A DNA stretch of 64,000 nucleotides from an uncultured cyanobacterium (GTDB taxonomy: Bacteria; Cyanobacteriota; Cyanobacteriia; Cyanobacteriales; Cyanobacteriaceae), in contig CAVVOP010000020.1 in the NCBI GenBank assembly GCA_963749915.1, positions 128,001 through 192,000 of the forward strand, in the 5' to 3' direction. Positions 50,369 to 60,072 of the stretch are shown one piece after another. The translations under genes were made by a program, and so were the position numbers. Under the pieces are notes generated by a model, which did no database searches, had not been told where the DNA came from, and saw only the letters and a program-made list of their open reading frames with translations. How positions within the stretch are numbered: the stretch's first letter is position 1; the number at the start of each line of letters is the position of its first letter.

Positions 50369-50518
50369 TTACCGTCGTCTCATAAATAAGTTGTAGACAA
50401 CGCCAATCAGCACAAAAACCAAAAGCAGGTGGATTAAGCCGCCGCCAATGTTAACGGAGAATCCTAACAACCAAAGGATGAAAAGTATAACAACAGCAGT
50501 CCAAACGAGATCGAACAT
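50369..50518 (-). CDS. 49-aa membrane protein, lmo0937/DUF5670-like; absent from the ORF track
   Basis: MFDLVWTAVVILFILWLLGFSVNIGGGLIHLLLVFVLIGVVYNLFMRRR; AAGGAGG RBS. Confidence 0.85.
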   Translation of the reverse strand: MFDLVWTAVVILFILWLLGFSVNIGGGLIHLLLVFVLIGVVYNLFMRRR

Positions 50519-50568
50519 AATTTCCTCCTTAATTCGGATAAAAGTAATGAAAATTCAGTCATCGATCT

Positions 50569-51111
50569 TTAATTGAGGATATCTTGAACCTGATCTTTGA
50601 CATCTTCTACTGCATTGCGAACTTGGCTTTCGACTTGTTTAGCTTTTCCAGCAACTTGATCTTGGCGGTTGCCAGTAGCTTTACCTTTCGCTTCTTGAAC
50701 TTTGCCTTCAATGTTTTTGGTAACTGCTTTTGCTCTCCCTTTTAACTTCATCTGGTCTTTCATCTCTTCTGCTGCATTACGAGCCTGACTTTCGACTTGC
50801 TTGGCTTTTCCCATAATCTGATCTTTGGGATCGCCTGTTATGTTGCCGATCGCTTCTTGAGCTTTACCTTCAATATTCTTTGTAACTGCCTTGGCTCGAT
50901 TCATGGTGGCGATTTGAGTCGGGGGTTGGCTGATGAGTTGGGTGGGTAAAGTTGCCGCCCAACTATCTGTAGTTCCAAAATCAAAAGCGATGGTAATTGC
51001 CAGCATTATAGTTAAAATTATGGTGACAAAAAAGCGACGAATCTGTTCAAATGAAATCATTTTTAAAAACTCCAAAAAAGAATTTGATTGTTTAATCATC
51101 TCCTTAGACAT
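50569..51111 (-). CDS. CsbD-family protein with N-terminal hydrophobic segment and two tandem CsbD repeats
   Basis: RAKAVTKNIEGK.QEA.G..TG...DQ..GKAKQVESQ.RNA.E twice. Confidence 0.85.
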   Translation of the reverse strand: MSKEMIKQSNSFLEFLKMISFEQIRRFFVTIILTIMLAITIAFDFGTTDSWAATLPTQLISQPPTQIATMNRAKAVTKNIEGKAQEAIGNITGDPKDQIMGKAKQVESQARNAAEEMKDQMKLKGRAKAVTKNIEGKVQEAKGKATGNRQDQVAGKAKQVESQVRNAVEDVKDQVQDILN

Positions 51112-51248
51112 TAGTTAGTCACAGGAAAGAGAGGGGAAAGTGTGGGAGGTGTGGGAAAAATGAAGATTAGGTAAGCTTTTTGTCTTTCCTGTCTTTACAT
51201 ACTCTTCCCTCACCTAACCAGGTCTTTTGGCATTACTGAATCGACCCT

Positions 51249-51431
51249 CTAGTCAACAATCTTTTTGACTTCATCCTTCACATCTTCAATAGTGTGACGA
51301 ACTTTTGCCTCTGCCTGTTTTTCCTTGCCCTCTACCTGAGCTTTGGGATCGCCAGTCACATTGCCGACTGCTTCTTGAACTTTCCCTTCGATATTTTTGG
51401 CGGTTGCCTTGGCTCTATCTTTTAAACTCAT
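51249..51431 (-). CDS. csbD: CsbD-family stress protein
   Basis: KNIEGKVQEAVGNVTGD......G..KQ.E; AAGGAG RBS. Confidence 0.88.
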   Translation of the reverse strand: MSLKDRAKATAKNIEGKVQEAVGNVTGDPKAQVEGKEKQAEAKVRHTIEDVKDEVKKIVD

Positions 51432-51623
51432 GATGCGCTCCTTATTTAATTTTGAAAACTGCTTACCCGAATTGAATAAGAGTTAACTACTCTGCCTCTG
51501 ATAAGTGGGCACAGTACCTGCCTACCATTGTAACGGGCGGATGTTATGATTTCCTGAATAAATTTACAAAATGTAACAGTTAGAAAATATAACAGGTGAT
51601 GCACGAGTTAAGCTCCATCAACT

Positions 51624-51699
51624 TCAATACTGCTAGGAAGCGTGCCGAAGACATTACCGTGAGTAATAAGTAATAAGTAATAAGTAATAAGTAATAAGT
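51624..51699. repeat. 40-bp dispersed repeat end followed by (AGTAATA)x5 STRR
   Basis: TCAATACTGCTAGGAAGCGTGCCGAAGACATTACCGTGAG, inverted copy at 10763-10802; tandem heptamers 51662-51699. Confidence 0.75.
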
Positions 51700-51839
51700 G
51701 AGTAGTATGAAAATTGAGAAAAAGTGTCGCCATTTGAAAGGGTTCCTTGGAATTCATAAAGAAGGTGAAATTGATGAGTGTTTTTAATCAATTATACGAA
51801 ACTATATCAAGACTCATATTTTTTTGCGACAGAACCCAA

Positions 51840-54095
51840 TTAACCTTCATCCTGATAATAATTTTTGTAATCATAATAACCGTAACCATAATAACCACCC
51901 ATAGATTTTTTGACACCGTTAAGTACCATTCCTAAAATGGGCATTTTTGACATTTGTAAATCATTAAGTACCTGTCGGACATTAGGGCGATGAGTTTTTC
52001 CTAACCCAAGGATAAAAACAAGGCCATCAGTAAAAGGAATAAGAATTTTCCCATCAGAAAATCCCATCAGAGGTGGAGTGTCATAGATCACTAAATCGAA
52101 ATCTCCCTTCAATTTTGCCATTAAAGTTTGCATTTTTTGAGAGGAAATAATCCTCGTGGGATTAGGAGGTTTAGAACCGGCAGTGATGGCAAATAGATTT
52201 TCCTGTTCCGATGCTTGAATAACTTTCTCTAAAGGTATATCGTCTGTTATTAAATTACTGATTCCCATAGTATTTTTGATTCCTAAATATTTATGTAATT
52301 TAGGTTTACGCATGTCCACATCTACTATTAAAACTCTTTTGCCCAACATTGCCGCCGCTTTTGCTAAGAAAACAGTCGTAGTTGACTTTCCTTCACTCGC
52401 TTCCGCCGCCCCGACGACGATAGAACGAATAGAGCTGTCTGAGCTTAAAAGGTTAATATTCGTATAAAGGGAAAAATAAGCATCAAGGTTAGACATCGTT
52501 TCTGCATCAGCAAAAAGTCCTTTTCCTTGGTTAAAACTACTCTTAATTGATTTCTTTTTCTTATCGTTTACAACATCCAGGCTTTTATTATAAGGAATAA
52601 TCGCAAGAGTAGGCAAATCAATAGTGCTTTTAACATCCTCTACAGAATGAAATGCCGAATCCAGTCGATCAATTACAAAACCGAGTAATGTTCCTATGAA
52701 CATACTAGCAATAGTAATTAAAGCGATATTTTTCGTTGTGTCTGATACATCTTTAATAGTAGTTTCATCAATAGGTGTGAGTAACTTCCATGGAGAAGTC
52801 TGTTTTGCTACTTCTATTTGCAGATTTTCGCTGACTGCTAAGAGGCGATTTAAACTTTCACTGGCAGTCTGTAGCTCTCTTTGAATTTCTTGGTATTTTC
52901 TATTGGTGGTTGATAAAACATTAACTTTTGCATTAAGTTGTTCCCATGCTAGATCAAGTTGTTTCTGTTTTGATTGTAATACTTCAATTTGATTGTTGGT
53001 ATCAAAAAATTTCTGAGTCACTTCCACATTATTGGAAATCGAGGTCAGAAAATCTAAAGATAGATTTGACCCTTTACTACCCAGAATCTTATAAGTTTCC
53101 TGATTTAGTAATGATATTAATTCTTCTTTTTTGGCTCTCAATGTTTTGAGTATGGGGTGTTGAGTTCCCAATCTCACACTTTCTAAGGCCATTTGAGTGT
53201 CAATGTCTTTGATTTGGGAAATCAGTTTCCCATAATTAGTTTCTTTATTTAAACGAGAAACAATGTTCCCTTGTTCGGGCGTTAAATCCAACTTATTTGC
53301 TAGCTCATTACTTAGTTTCTTCATTCCGCTAAGTTCAGTTTGTACATTTTCGATTTCTCGCAATAGAAATCCAGCCTGTGATGATAACACTTCATTTTGA
53401 GTCTTAGGATCGATTAAATCATTAGTCTTTTGAAAATTTTCTAATTTCGACTCAAACATGGCTACGTCTTCAAGAACTCGATTTATTTGATCTTCGGCGA
53501 AAGCTTGGGCTTGAGTAATATTACTTATATACTCTTTCGATTGATAGTCTAAGTAACCCTTCATTAATTGATTTAATACAAACAATATTTCTTCTTCCGA
53601 TTCATCTGTATAACTAACCTCGAGAATTTTAGTTTCGCCGAATCGTTCAAGATTTAATTGGCTCATGAATTCCTTTTTTACTAATTCAGGATAACGAGAC
53701 TGAATTACCGGGAAAATAGTATCCATCACCAATGGACTTTTTAATACATCAATTTGACTATCATAATCCAAACCTGAATCGAAATATGAAGGTTTTGAAA
53801 AATTGTCCAAAAAATCTAATTTTTTACCTTCACTATTCAAAGGTTCAACAAGAAGTTTAAATTTTCCCTCATAAACTGGGGGCTGAAGTAAAATCCATGT
53901 AGATAAAGCCGTCACTAATGTAAGAGTTGTACCAATTATTATTAAGCCTCGTCTCCTGAAAACTCTCAACAATTCACTTATATTTATTTCATCATCATCA
54001 TCATCGGAAATGTTTGAATTTAAGTAAACTAATTTATTCGGTTCTTGATTCTGTGTCTGTAAATTATTGGTCTTGTCAGAGTTATTTAAAAACAT
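51840..54095 (-). CDS. wzc: Polysaccharide co-polymerase / BY-kinase (Wzc/GumC)
   Basis: Two TM helices around coiled coil; SEGKST, VDVDMRKP, YDTPP; C-terminal Tyr cluster. Confidence 0.9.
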   Translation of the reverse strand: MFLNNSDKTNNLQTQNQEPNKLVYLNSNISDDDDDEINISELLRVFRRRGLIIIGTTLTLVTALSTWILLQPPVYEGKFKLLVEPLNSEGKKLDFLDNFSKPSYFDSGLDYDSQIDVLKSPLVMDTIFPVIQSRYPELVKKEFMSQLNLERFGETKILEVSYTDESEEEILFVLNQLMKGYLDYQSKEYISNITQAQAFAEDQINRVLEDVAMFESKLENFQKTNDLIDPKTQNEVLSSQAGFLLREIENVQTELSGMKKLSNELANKLDLTPEQGNIVSRLNKETNYGKLISQIKDIDTQMALESVRLGTQHPILKTLRAKKEELISLLNQETYKILGSKGSNLSLDFLTSISNNVEVTQKFFDTNNQIEVLQSKQKQLDLAWEQLNAKVNVLSTTNRKYQEIQRELQTASESLNRLLAVSENLQIEVAKQTSPWKLLTPIDETTIKDVSDTTKNIALITIASMFIGTLLGFVIDRLDSAFHSVEDVKSTIDLPTLAIIPYNKSLDVVNDKKKKSIKSSFNQGKGLFADAETMSNLDAYFSLYTNINLLSSDSSIRSIVVGAAEASEGKSTTTVFLAKAAAMLGKRVLIVDVDMRKPKLHKYLGIKNTMGISNLITDDIPLEKVIQASEQENLFAITAGSKPPNPTRIISSQKMQTLMAKLKGDFDLVIYDTPPLMGFSDGKILIPFTDGLVFILGLGKTHRPNVRQVLNDLQMSKMPILGMVLNGVKKSMGGYYGYGYYDYKNYYQDEG

Positions 54096-54225
54096 AGTTA
54101 AAATTTTTTGGGATAGCAGTGTTTTAGTAAGTAAACAAGAAAAAGACGAAATTCAGGTAACTATAAGGTTTCTGTATCAAAATTGGTGTTAATTTTAATT
54201 CATTCAATAATTTATTGTAATGAAA

Positions 54226-56124
54226 CTAAACAAGTAAGGGATTATTGAATTCAGGAACTAAAATTTTCAGTTGTTTGAGTACCTCTTCTGAATTTCCTTC
54301 CTTTGCCAGGTCGAGTAAACTTTCTAAATTCGGTTGCAAAATTTCCCATTCTAGCATTGGTTCGTTCCCCGAAAATATCTGTGGGTGTTGACTCGGATTA
54401 CTATTATTTTTGTCGATTAATAGTTCTTCATATAGCTTTTCTCCCGGTCTTAACCCGATAATGTCAATTTTGATATCTTTTCCCGCTTCCATACCACTTA
54501 ATTCTATCATTTTTACCGCTAGATCATAAATAAGTACAGGATTACCCATATCTAACAAAAAAATTTCTCCGCCTTTTGCCATGGCCCCCGCTTGAATGAC
54601 TAAACTAACGGCTTCTGGAATGGAAATAAAATAACGGGTTACATTTTTATGGGTTAGGGTAATTGGTTTTCCTTCACTTATTTGTTTTCGGAAACGAGGA
54701 ATTACCGAACCGCTACTATTTAACACATTGCCAAAACGAACGATGGCAAAAATAGTTTTCGTCCTTTTCTGCGCTGCTAAACCCTGGATAACCAATTCTG
54801 CGACTCTTTTACTTGCTCCCATAACATTTGTAGGACGTACAGCTTTATCCGTAGAAATGAAAACGAAATTTTTTACTCCACAGGCTATAGCCGAACGGGC
54901 TGTGGTCAAAGTCCCCGCAACGTTATTATAAACTCCGACACAAGGATTCATTTCCACTAAAGGAACGTGTTTATAGGCGGCGGCATGATATATTGTTTCA
55001 ACGTTGTGTTTTTTTAAAATTTTTTGAAAATACAACTCGTCGGTAATATTTCCTAAATAAGGATAAATAGGCACATCACAATTTTTTTCTCTTAGTTCTA
55101 AATCAATATCATAAAGAGCAAACTCATTTAGCTCAAATAATACCAGACATTTCGGTTGTAGTTGAGATATCTGGCGACATAACTCTGAACCGATAGAGCC
55201 CCCCGCACCGGTAACCAAAACGGTCTTATGGGTAATATTTACCCTCAATAGGATATGATTAGGAGTAATTTCTTCTCTACCCAATAGTTCCGATACATCA
55301 ATATTCCTTATTTCAGAAACGGATGCTTGATTAGATAATAATTCTCTAAGATTAGGAATGGTTTTAAATTTAATAGGTAATAAGTTCAAACTTTCAATAA
55401 TTTCCTTTCGTCTTGAACTGGTTAAATTGGGAATAGCAAAAATTAGGGTTTGAAAAGGTTTTTGCCGATACAGTGATTGTAAATGATGAGGGCGATAAAT
55501 CGGAATGTTTCCTATGATTCTTCCTTCTAATTCTGGGTTATCATCAATAAAAGCTAATAATTTATATTCTGGATTTTGCTCTAAACTCTGTGCCAATTGG
55601 TATCCAGCTGAACCAGCTCCGTAAATGACCAAAGATTCTCGTGAGTACGAGTCCCACTGGAGAATAATGAGGGATTTAATCAGAGAACGAATTGTTATAC
55701 GTGATGCCGTAATGGCAATAATTGATATTAAACCATCTATAAGCATTACTGACTCACCAATAGAATCAGAAGCAAACAAAAATACTAATAGAATTCCAAT
55801 AATAGTACTAACAATAACAGACTTAGTAATTTTTGAGAAAAAACCTATATCTGTATATTTTGTCACTGGACGATATAGACCAAAGAATCGAAATATTAAA
55901 ACTTTTGAGACGAGATGAACTGTTATTAGCGGAAGGAAAAGATCAAATAGCTCGAAAGTGTGAGGAAGACTATAGAAGATATTAAAGGCTGAGAATATAG
56001 AGACTACAGACACAAGAAAATCAAGACATAATAATATAACTTCTTTTTGCCATCGCGATAAATCGCTATATTGTGGGGTGAACCGAATAAATAGATTTTG
56101 AAGAAGCATTTTTTTGACGATCAT
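54226..56124 (-). CDS. Membrane-bound nucleotide-sugar 4,6-dehydratase (CapD/PglF/WbpM type)
   Basis: YGAGSAG, TGAGGSIGSE, HAAAYKHVP, STDKAV, RFGNV, RPGEKLYEE. Confidence 0.92.
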   Translation of the reverse strand: MIVKKMLLQNLFIRFTPQYSDLSRWQKEVILLCLDFLVSVVSIFSAFNIFYSLPHTFELFDLFLPLITVHLVSKVLIFRFFGLYRPVTKYTDIGFFSKITKSVIVSTIIGILLVFLFASDSIGESVMLIDGLISIIAITASRITIRSLIKSLIILQWDSYSRESLVIYGAGSAGYQLAQSLEQNPEYKLLAFIDDNPELEGRIIGNIPIYRPHHLQSLYRQKPFQTLIFAIPNLTSSRRKEIIESLNLLPIKFKTIPNLRELLSNQASVSEIRNIDVSELLGREEITPNHILLRVNITHKTVLVTGAGGSIGSELCRQISQLQPKCLVLFELNEFALYDIDLELREKNCDVPIYPYLGNITDELYFQKILKKHNVETIYHAAAYKHVPLVEMNPCVGVYNNVAGTLTTARSAIACGVKNFVFISTDKAVRPTNVMGASKRVAELVIQGLAAQKRTKTIFAIVRFGNVLNSSGSVIPRFRKQISEGKPITLTHKNVTRYFISIPEAVSLVIQAGAMAKGGEIFLLDMGNPVLIYDLAVKMIELSGMEAGKDIKIDIIGLRPGEKLYEELLIDKNNSNPSQHPQIFSGNEPMLEWEILQPNLESLLDLAKEGNSEEVLKQLKILVPEFNNPLLV

Positions 56125-56279
56125 AAAAAAATTATTTAGTCAATTATATGGGCAAATATAATATAACTGTTGATAATAATCATAAGTTAATAATCAGTCA
56201 ACCTAAATTCAGATATTTGAAGATAACAAAAAGGGGAGTGCTAACTAGTTAACATCCAAATAAATGGCATTCATAAACG

Positions 56280-56310
56280 AAAAAAAAGGCGAACTATACA
56301 TAGTTCACCC
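56280..56310 (-). terminator. Intrinsic terminator of dnaK
   Basis: Minus strand GGTGAACTA-tgta-TAGTTCGCC then T-run. Confidence 0.8.
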
Positions 56311-56370
56311 GTAAAATTAATAACAAATTACAAACTTGAAAAAATAAATCAAGGCAAAAAATCTGAAAAT

Positions 56371-58269
56371 CTAGTTGTCAGAGAATTCTGCATCAATGAC
56401 ATCCTCACCACTATTACTTGAACCGGTGTCATTAGTGCCACTGGTATCTGTGCCTGGAGTTGCACCACCAGATTGCTGATAAATGTTACTACCGATGGTA
56501 TACAACACCTGTTGTAATTCTGGCATGACGGTTTTGATTTTCTCGTCATTTTCTTTAGCTACAGCATCTTTAAGATCTTTAATCAATCCTTCGGCTTTGG
56601 CTTTATCATCGGCGGAAACTTTATCTCCTAATTCCGTGAGTTGTTTCTCTGCTTGATAAACTAAAGAATCAGCCTGGTTTTTACGCTCAATAGCATCTCG
56701 TCTTTCTTTATCTGTCGCCGCATTGGATTCAGCTTCCTTGACCATACGATCGACTTCATCAGAAGGTAAAGTGGAAGCACCAGTAATACTGATGGATTGT
56801 TCTTTACCAGTACCTTTATCCTTGGCGGTTACATTTAAGATACCGTTAGCATCAATATCGAAAATAACTTCTATTTGGGGTACGCCACGAGGTGCAGGAG
56901 GAATACCATCTAAACGGAAAGTTCCCAAACTCTTGTTATCTTTAGAAAATTCTCTTTCACCTTGTAAAACGTGAATTTCTACGTTACTTTGTCCATCAAC
57001 GGCAGTAGAGAAGGTTTCCGATTTTTTGGTAGGGATAGTAGTGTTACGGGGAATAATTTTTGTCATTACACCGCCGAGGGTTTCCACACCCAGAGAAAGA
57101 GGAGTTACATCTAACAAGAGAATATCTTTAACTTCTCCGGCTAAAACACCCCCTTGAATAGCTGCCCCTACAGCCACTACTTCATCGGGATTAACAGTTT
57201 GATTAGGATCTTTTCCGAGAATTTTTTTGACTACTTCTTGGACGGCGGGAATACGAGTTGAACCACCAACTAAGACAACTTCATCAATATCGCTAGGGCT
57301 GAGTTTAGAGTCTTTAAGGGCATTTTGTACAGGGACAGCACAACGATCGATTAAATCAGCACATAACTCTTCAAATTTAGCTCTAGTTAAGGTTAATTCT
57401 AAATGCTTAGGTCCGTCTTGAGTAGCGGTAATAAAAGGTAAGTTAATTTCCGCTTGAGAAACGCTAGAGAGTTCGATTTTGGCTTTTTCAGCGGCTTCTG
57501 TTAACCGTTGTAAAGCCTGTTTATCTTTGCGTAGATCAATACCTTCCTTTCCTTTAAAGTCTGCCGCTAAGTGATCGACAATTTTTTTATCAAAATCATC
57601 ACCGCCTAAGTGGGTATCCCCAGAGGTGGATAAAACTTCAAATACACCATCACCAACTTCTAAAACAGAAACGTCAAAAGTACCACCACCTAAGTCAAAT
57701 ACTAAAATAGTTTCGTTGCTTTTTTTATCTAACCCATAAGCCAAAGATGCGGCGGTAGGCTCGTTAATAATACGTTTAACTTCGATGCCAGCGATTTTTC
57801 CCGCGTCTTTAGTGGCTTGACGTTGAGAGTCGTTAAAGTAAGCTGGTACGGTGATTACAGCCTCAGTAACTGTTTCTCCTAAATATTTACTGGCATCTTC
57901 GACCAATTTGCGTAAAACTTGGGCAGAAATTTCTTCAGGAGAGAATTGTTTACTTTGCGAGGGACAATCCAACTTCACATTGCCACCAACATTTAATACT
58001 TTATAAGATACTTCTGTGGTCTCGTTGGTGACCTCATCATATCTTCTACCGATAAAACGCTTAACGGAATAAAACGTATTTTCGGGATTCATTACCCCTT
58101 GACGTTTGGCAATTTGTCCGACAAGGCGATCGCCATTTTTAGCATAAGCTACTACGGAAGGAGTAGTCCTAAAACCCTCAGCATTGGCAATAACAACAGG
58201 TTTACCTCCCTCCATCACCGCCACACAAGAGTTGGTTGTACCTAAATCTATACCTACTACTTTTCCCAT
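56371..58269 (-). CDS. dnaK: Chaperone DnaK (DnaK2 type)
   Basis: [20 protein letters not shown]-terminal DVIDAEFS. Confidence 0.98.
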   Translation of the reverse strand: MGKVVGIDLGTTNSCVAVMEGGKPVVIANAEGFRTTPSVVAYAKNGDRLVGQIAKRQGVMNPENTFYSVKRFIGRRYDEVTNETTEVSYKVLNVGGNVKLDCPSQSKQFSPEEISAQVLRKLVEDASKYLGETVTEAVITVPAYFNDSQRQATKDAGKIAGIEVKRIINEPTAASLAYGLDKKSNETILVFDLGGGTFDVSVLEVGDGVFEVLSTSGDTHLGGDDFDKKIVDHLAADFKGKEGIDLRKDKQALQRLTEAAEKAKIELSSVSQAEINLPFITATQDGPKHLELTLTRAKFEELCADLIDRCAVPVQNALKDSKLSPSDIDEVVLVGGSTRIPAVQEVVKKILGKDPNQTVNPDEVVAVGAAIQGGVLAGEVKDILLLDVTPLSLGVETLGGVMTKIIPRNTTIPTKKSETFSTAVDGQSNVEIHVLQGEREFSKDNKSLGTFRLDGIPPAPRGVPQIEVIFDIDANGILNVTAKDKGTGKEQSISITGASTLPSDEVDRMVKEAESNAATDKERRDAIERKNQADSLVYQAEKQLTELGDKVSADDKAKAEGLIKDLKDAVAKENDEKIKTVMPELQQVLYTIGSNIYQQSGGATPGTDTSGTNDTGSSNSGEDVIDAEFSDN

Positions 58270-58403
58270 ATATAATTACTTCCTTATCAGTATATGTAAA
58301 TTTTTATAACGGAAACAATGAAGTTAATGATTAATTTTTGAGAATTTTTACTTAACTGCTTATTTCTTCTTCTATATTGAGGGAAAGCGATCCCTTTAAG
58401 GTA

Positions 58404-58419
58404 GTGTAGTTTTCCGTAC
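58404..58419 (-). promoter_or_regulatory. K-box-like element upstream of dnaK
   Basis: Minus strand GTACGG-AAAA-CTACAC versus recalled consensus GTTCGG-NNAN-CCNNAC (2 mismatches). Confidence 0.5.
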
Positions 58420-58462
58420 CTTTTATAACCTGAGTTCCGTTTAATGTTTAATGTTTATTTGT

Positions 58463-60028
58463 TTATTTTTCTGAAGATAAACCAAAAAGATTTTTGATTT
58501 TAAACCATTTTTGGCGTAAACTCCAAAATTTACTACTTTCCATAGCCGTAATTGTCTCTTGATGTTGAGCTAAAATTCTTCTAGTTTCTTGGAGTTTTTT
58601 CCCCGTTTTATTAAGTTTTTGATGGGTATTTTTTAGTTCTTGTTGTATGGAGTATAAAGCTAAATCTGCATAAATTTTTTCAAAATATAATCCTCTATTA
58701 TTGGCAGTAGTATTTGAAGCGGAAAATAGAGAAGAATTTGTTATATTTACTGATGAACTATCTAACAATTCTTGATATAATTGCAAATAATGATTAGCTT
58801 GAATGGACAATCCATAATTATTGGTAATTATTTCCCTCGATTTTTTTCCCATAGGGACCAATAATCCCTGACCATTAGTAAGTTGTATAATTTTTTCGCT
58901 CATGGATTGAATATCCCCATATGGCACTATTATTCCCGAAATTTGATCTTGAATTAAATCAGGGATTCCGCCGACATCAAAGGCAATAACTGGTGTGGCA
59001 CAACTCATGGACTCTAACATTGTATTGGGGAAATTATCTTCCAAAGACGGTAGAATGAAAATATCCGCCGCCGAATAAATCAGACTTAATTCCTCATCGG
59101 AGTTGATATTACCGAGGGAAATAATCTTTATTCCTAACTCTTGAAATGCCTGATTAGGTTCACCAAAACAGCAAATTTTTAAGCGATCATTTTTAATGAG
59201 TGCAGAAAATTGATGATTATTTTTACATATTTTTAAACTATTAATTAATTCCATAAACCCTTTTCTTTTTTCTTTTCCCGTAACGGCTCCCACTAATAAG
59301 ATAATGTCGTCAGCATTAAGATTGCAACTTTTTTTGGCTTCTAATTTATTAATAGGTCGAAAAACATTTGTATCTAAAGAATAAGGTATAACCTCGATTC
59401 TATTATGACGAAAAACTCGACTTTTTTTTGCAGACTCAGCCAACCATTTACTAGGGGTTACAATTACTAAATTAGGATCCTTAAAAAATTCTATTTTCTC
59501 TTGTAAAAGATGATGGGGTAATTGAAAAATATCCTCAGAAAGTTGAGGACAATTTAAGCAATTATTTTCATATCCTTGACATCCTGCCGTATAGTGACAC
59601 CCTCCGGTAAATGCCCACATATCATGAAGTGTCCACAGCACCGGCTTACCTAAATCCAGTAATTTTTTGATGGTTAGGGGTGATTGAAAACCACTGGTTA
59701 TCCAATGTAAATTGATAATATCACTATTAATAATTGGGTCTAATTTAGCGACATTAAACCCCGAATAACCTAAAGAAAATAAAGTATTAGAAATAGGGGT
59801 TCTATTATTATTAATATAATGATTTTGAATATAATTGCAATAGGTAGAATCCAAACTATTTTCGAATTTATTGAGTTTATATTCCAAAACATGAGTGTCG
59901 GCGGAGGTTTTATATAAACTTAATATTTGCGATTCCTGCCCTATTTTTAGTAGTCCTTCATGTAATCGATAAGCTGCTCTTGCTGCGCCTCCCGCAATGT
60001 CAAAAGTACTAAGATGTGTTATTTTCAT
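58463..60028 (-). CDS. GT4 glycosyltransferase with C-terminal coiled coil
   Basis: GGAARAAYRLH, WTLHDMW..TGGCHY, PSLEDNFPNTMLE. Confidence 0.9.
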   Translation of the reverse strand: MKITHLSTFDIAGGAARAAYRLHEGLLKIGQESQILSLYKTSADTHVLEYKLNKFENSLDSTYCNYIQNHYINNNRTPISNTLFSLGYSGFNVAKLDPIINSDIINLHWITSGFQSPLTIKKLLDLGKPVLWTLHDMWAFTGGCHYTAGCQGYENNCLNCPQLSEDIFQLPHHLLQEKIEFFKDPNLVIVTPSKWLAESAKKSRVFRHNRIEVIPYSLDTNVFRPINKLEAKKSCNLNADDIILLVGAVTGKEKRKGFMELINSLKICKNNHQFSALIKNDRLKICCFGEPNQAFQELGIKIISLGNINSDEELSLIYSAADIFILPSLEDNFPNTMLESMSCATPVIAFDVGGIPDLIQDQISGIIVPYGDIQSMSEKIIQLTNGQGLLVPMGKKSREIITNNYGLSIQANHYLQLYQELLDSSSVNITNSSLFSASNTTANNRGLYFEKIYADLALYSIQQELKNTHQKLNKTGKKLQETRRILAQHQETITAMESSKFWSLRQKWFKIKNLFGLSSEK

Positions 60029-60046
60029 ATGTTATCGCCGTCATTC

Positions 60047-60072
60047 CAATTCCTAATTCCTAATTCCTAATT
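60047..60072. repeat. Heptamer STRR (TCCTAAT)n
   Basis: Direct reading. Confidence 0.8.

Larger units (their letters stand above)
4368..58133. repeat. Dispersed HIP1 octamers GCGATCGC (about 20 copies)
   Basis: Seen at e.g. 4368, 6614, 6897, 8462, 8523, 13142, 16403, 17330, 22650, 23523, 25248, 26981, 30989, 32020, 33380, 39433, 40105, 42589, 42775, 44735, 58126. Confidence 0.9.

Noticed and set aside
51662..51699. Tandem repeats as a CRISPR array
   Set aside because: 7-bp units without spacers (STRR); no cas genes in window
51747..51935. 62-aa plus-strand ORF
   Set aside because: Antisense to the Wzc tyrosine cluster; low-complexity artefact
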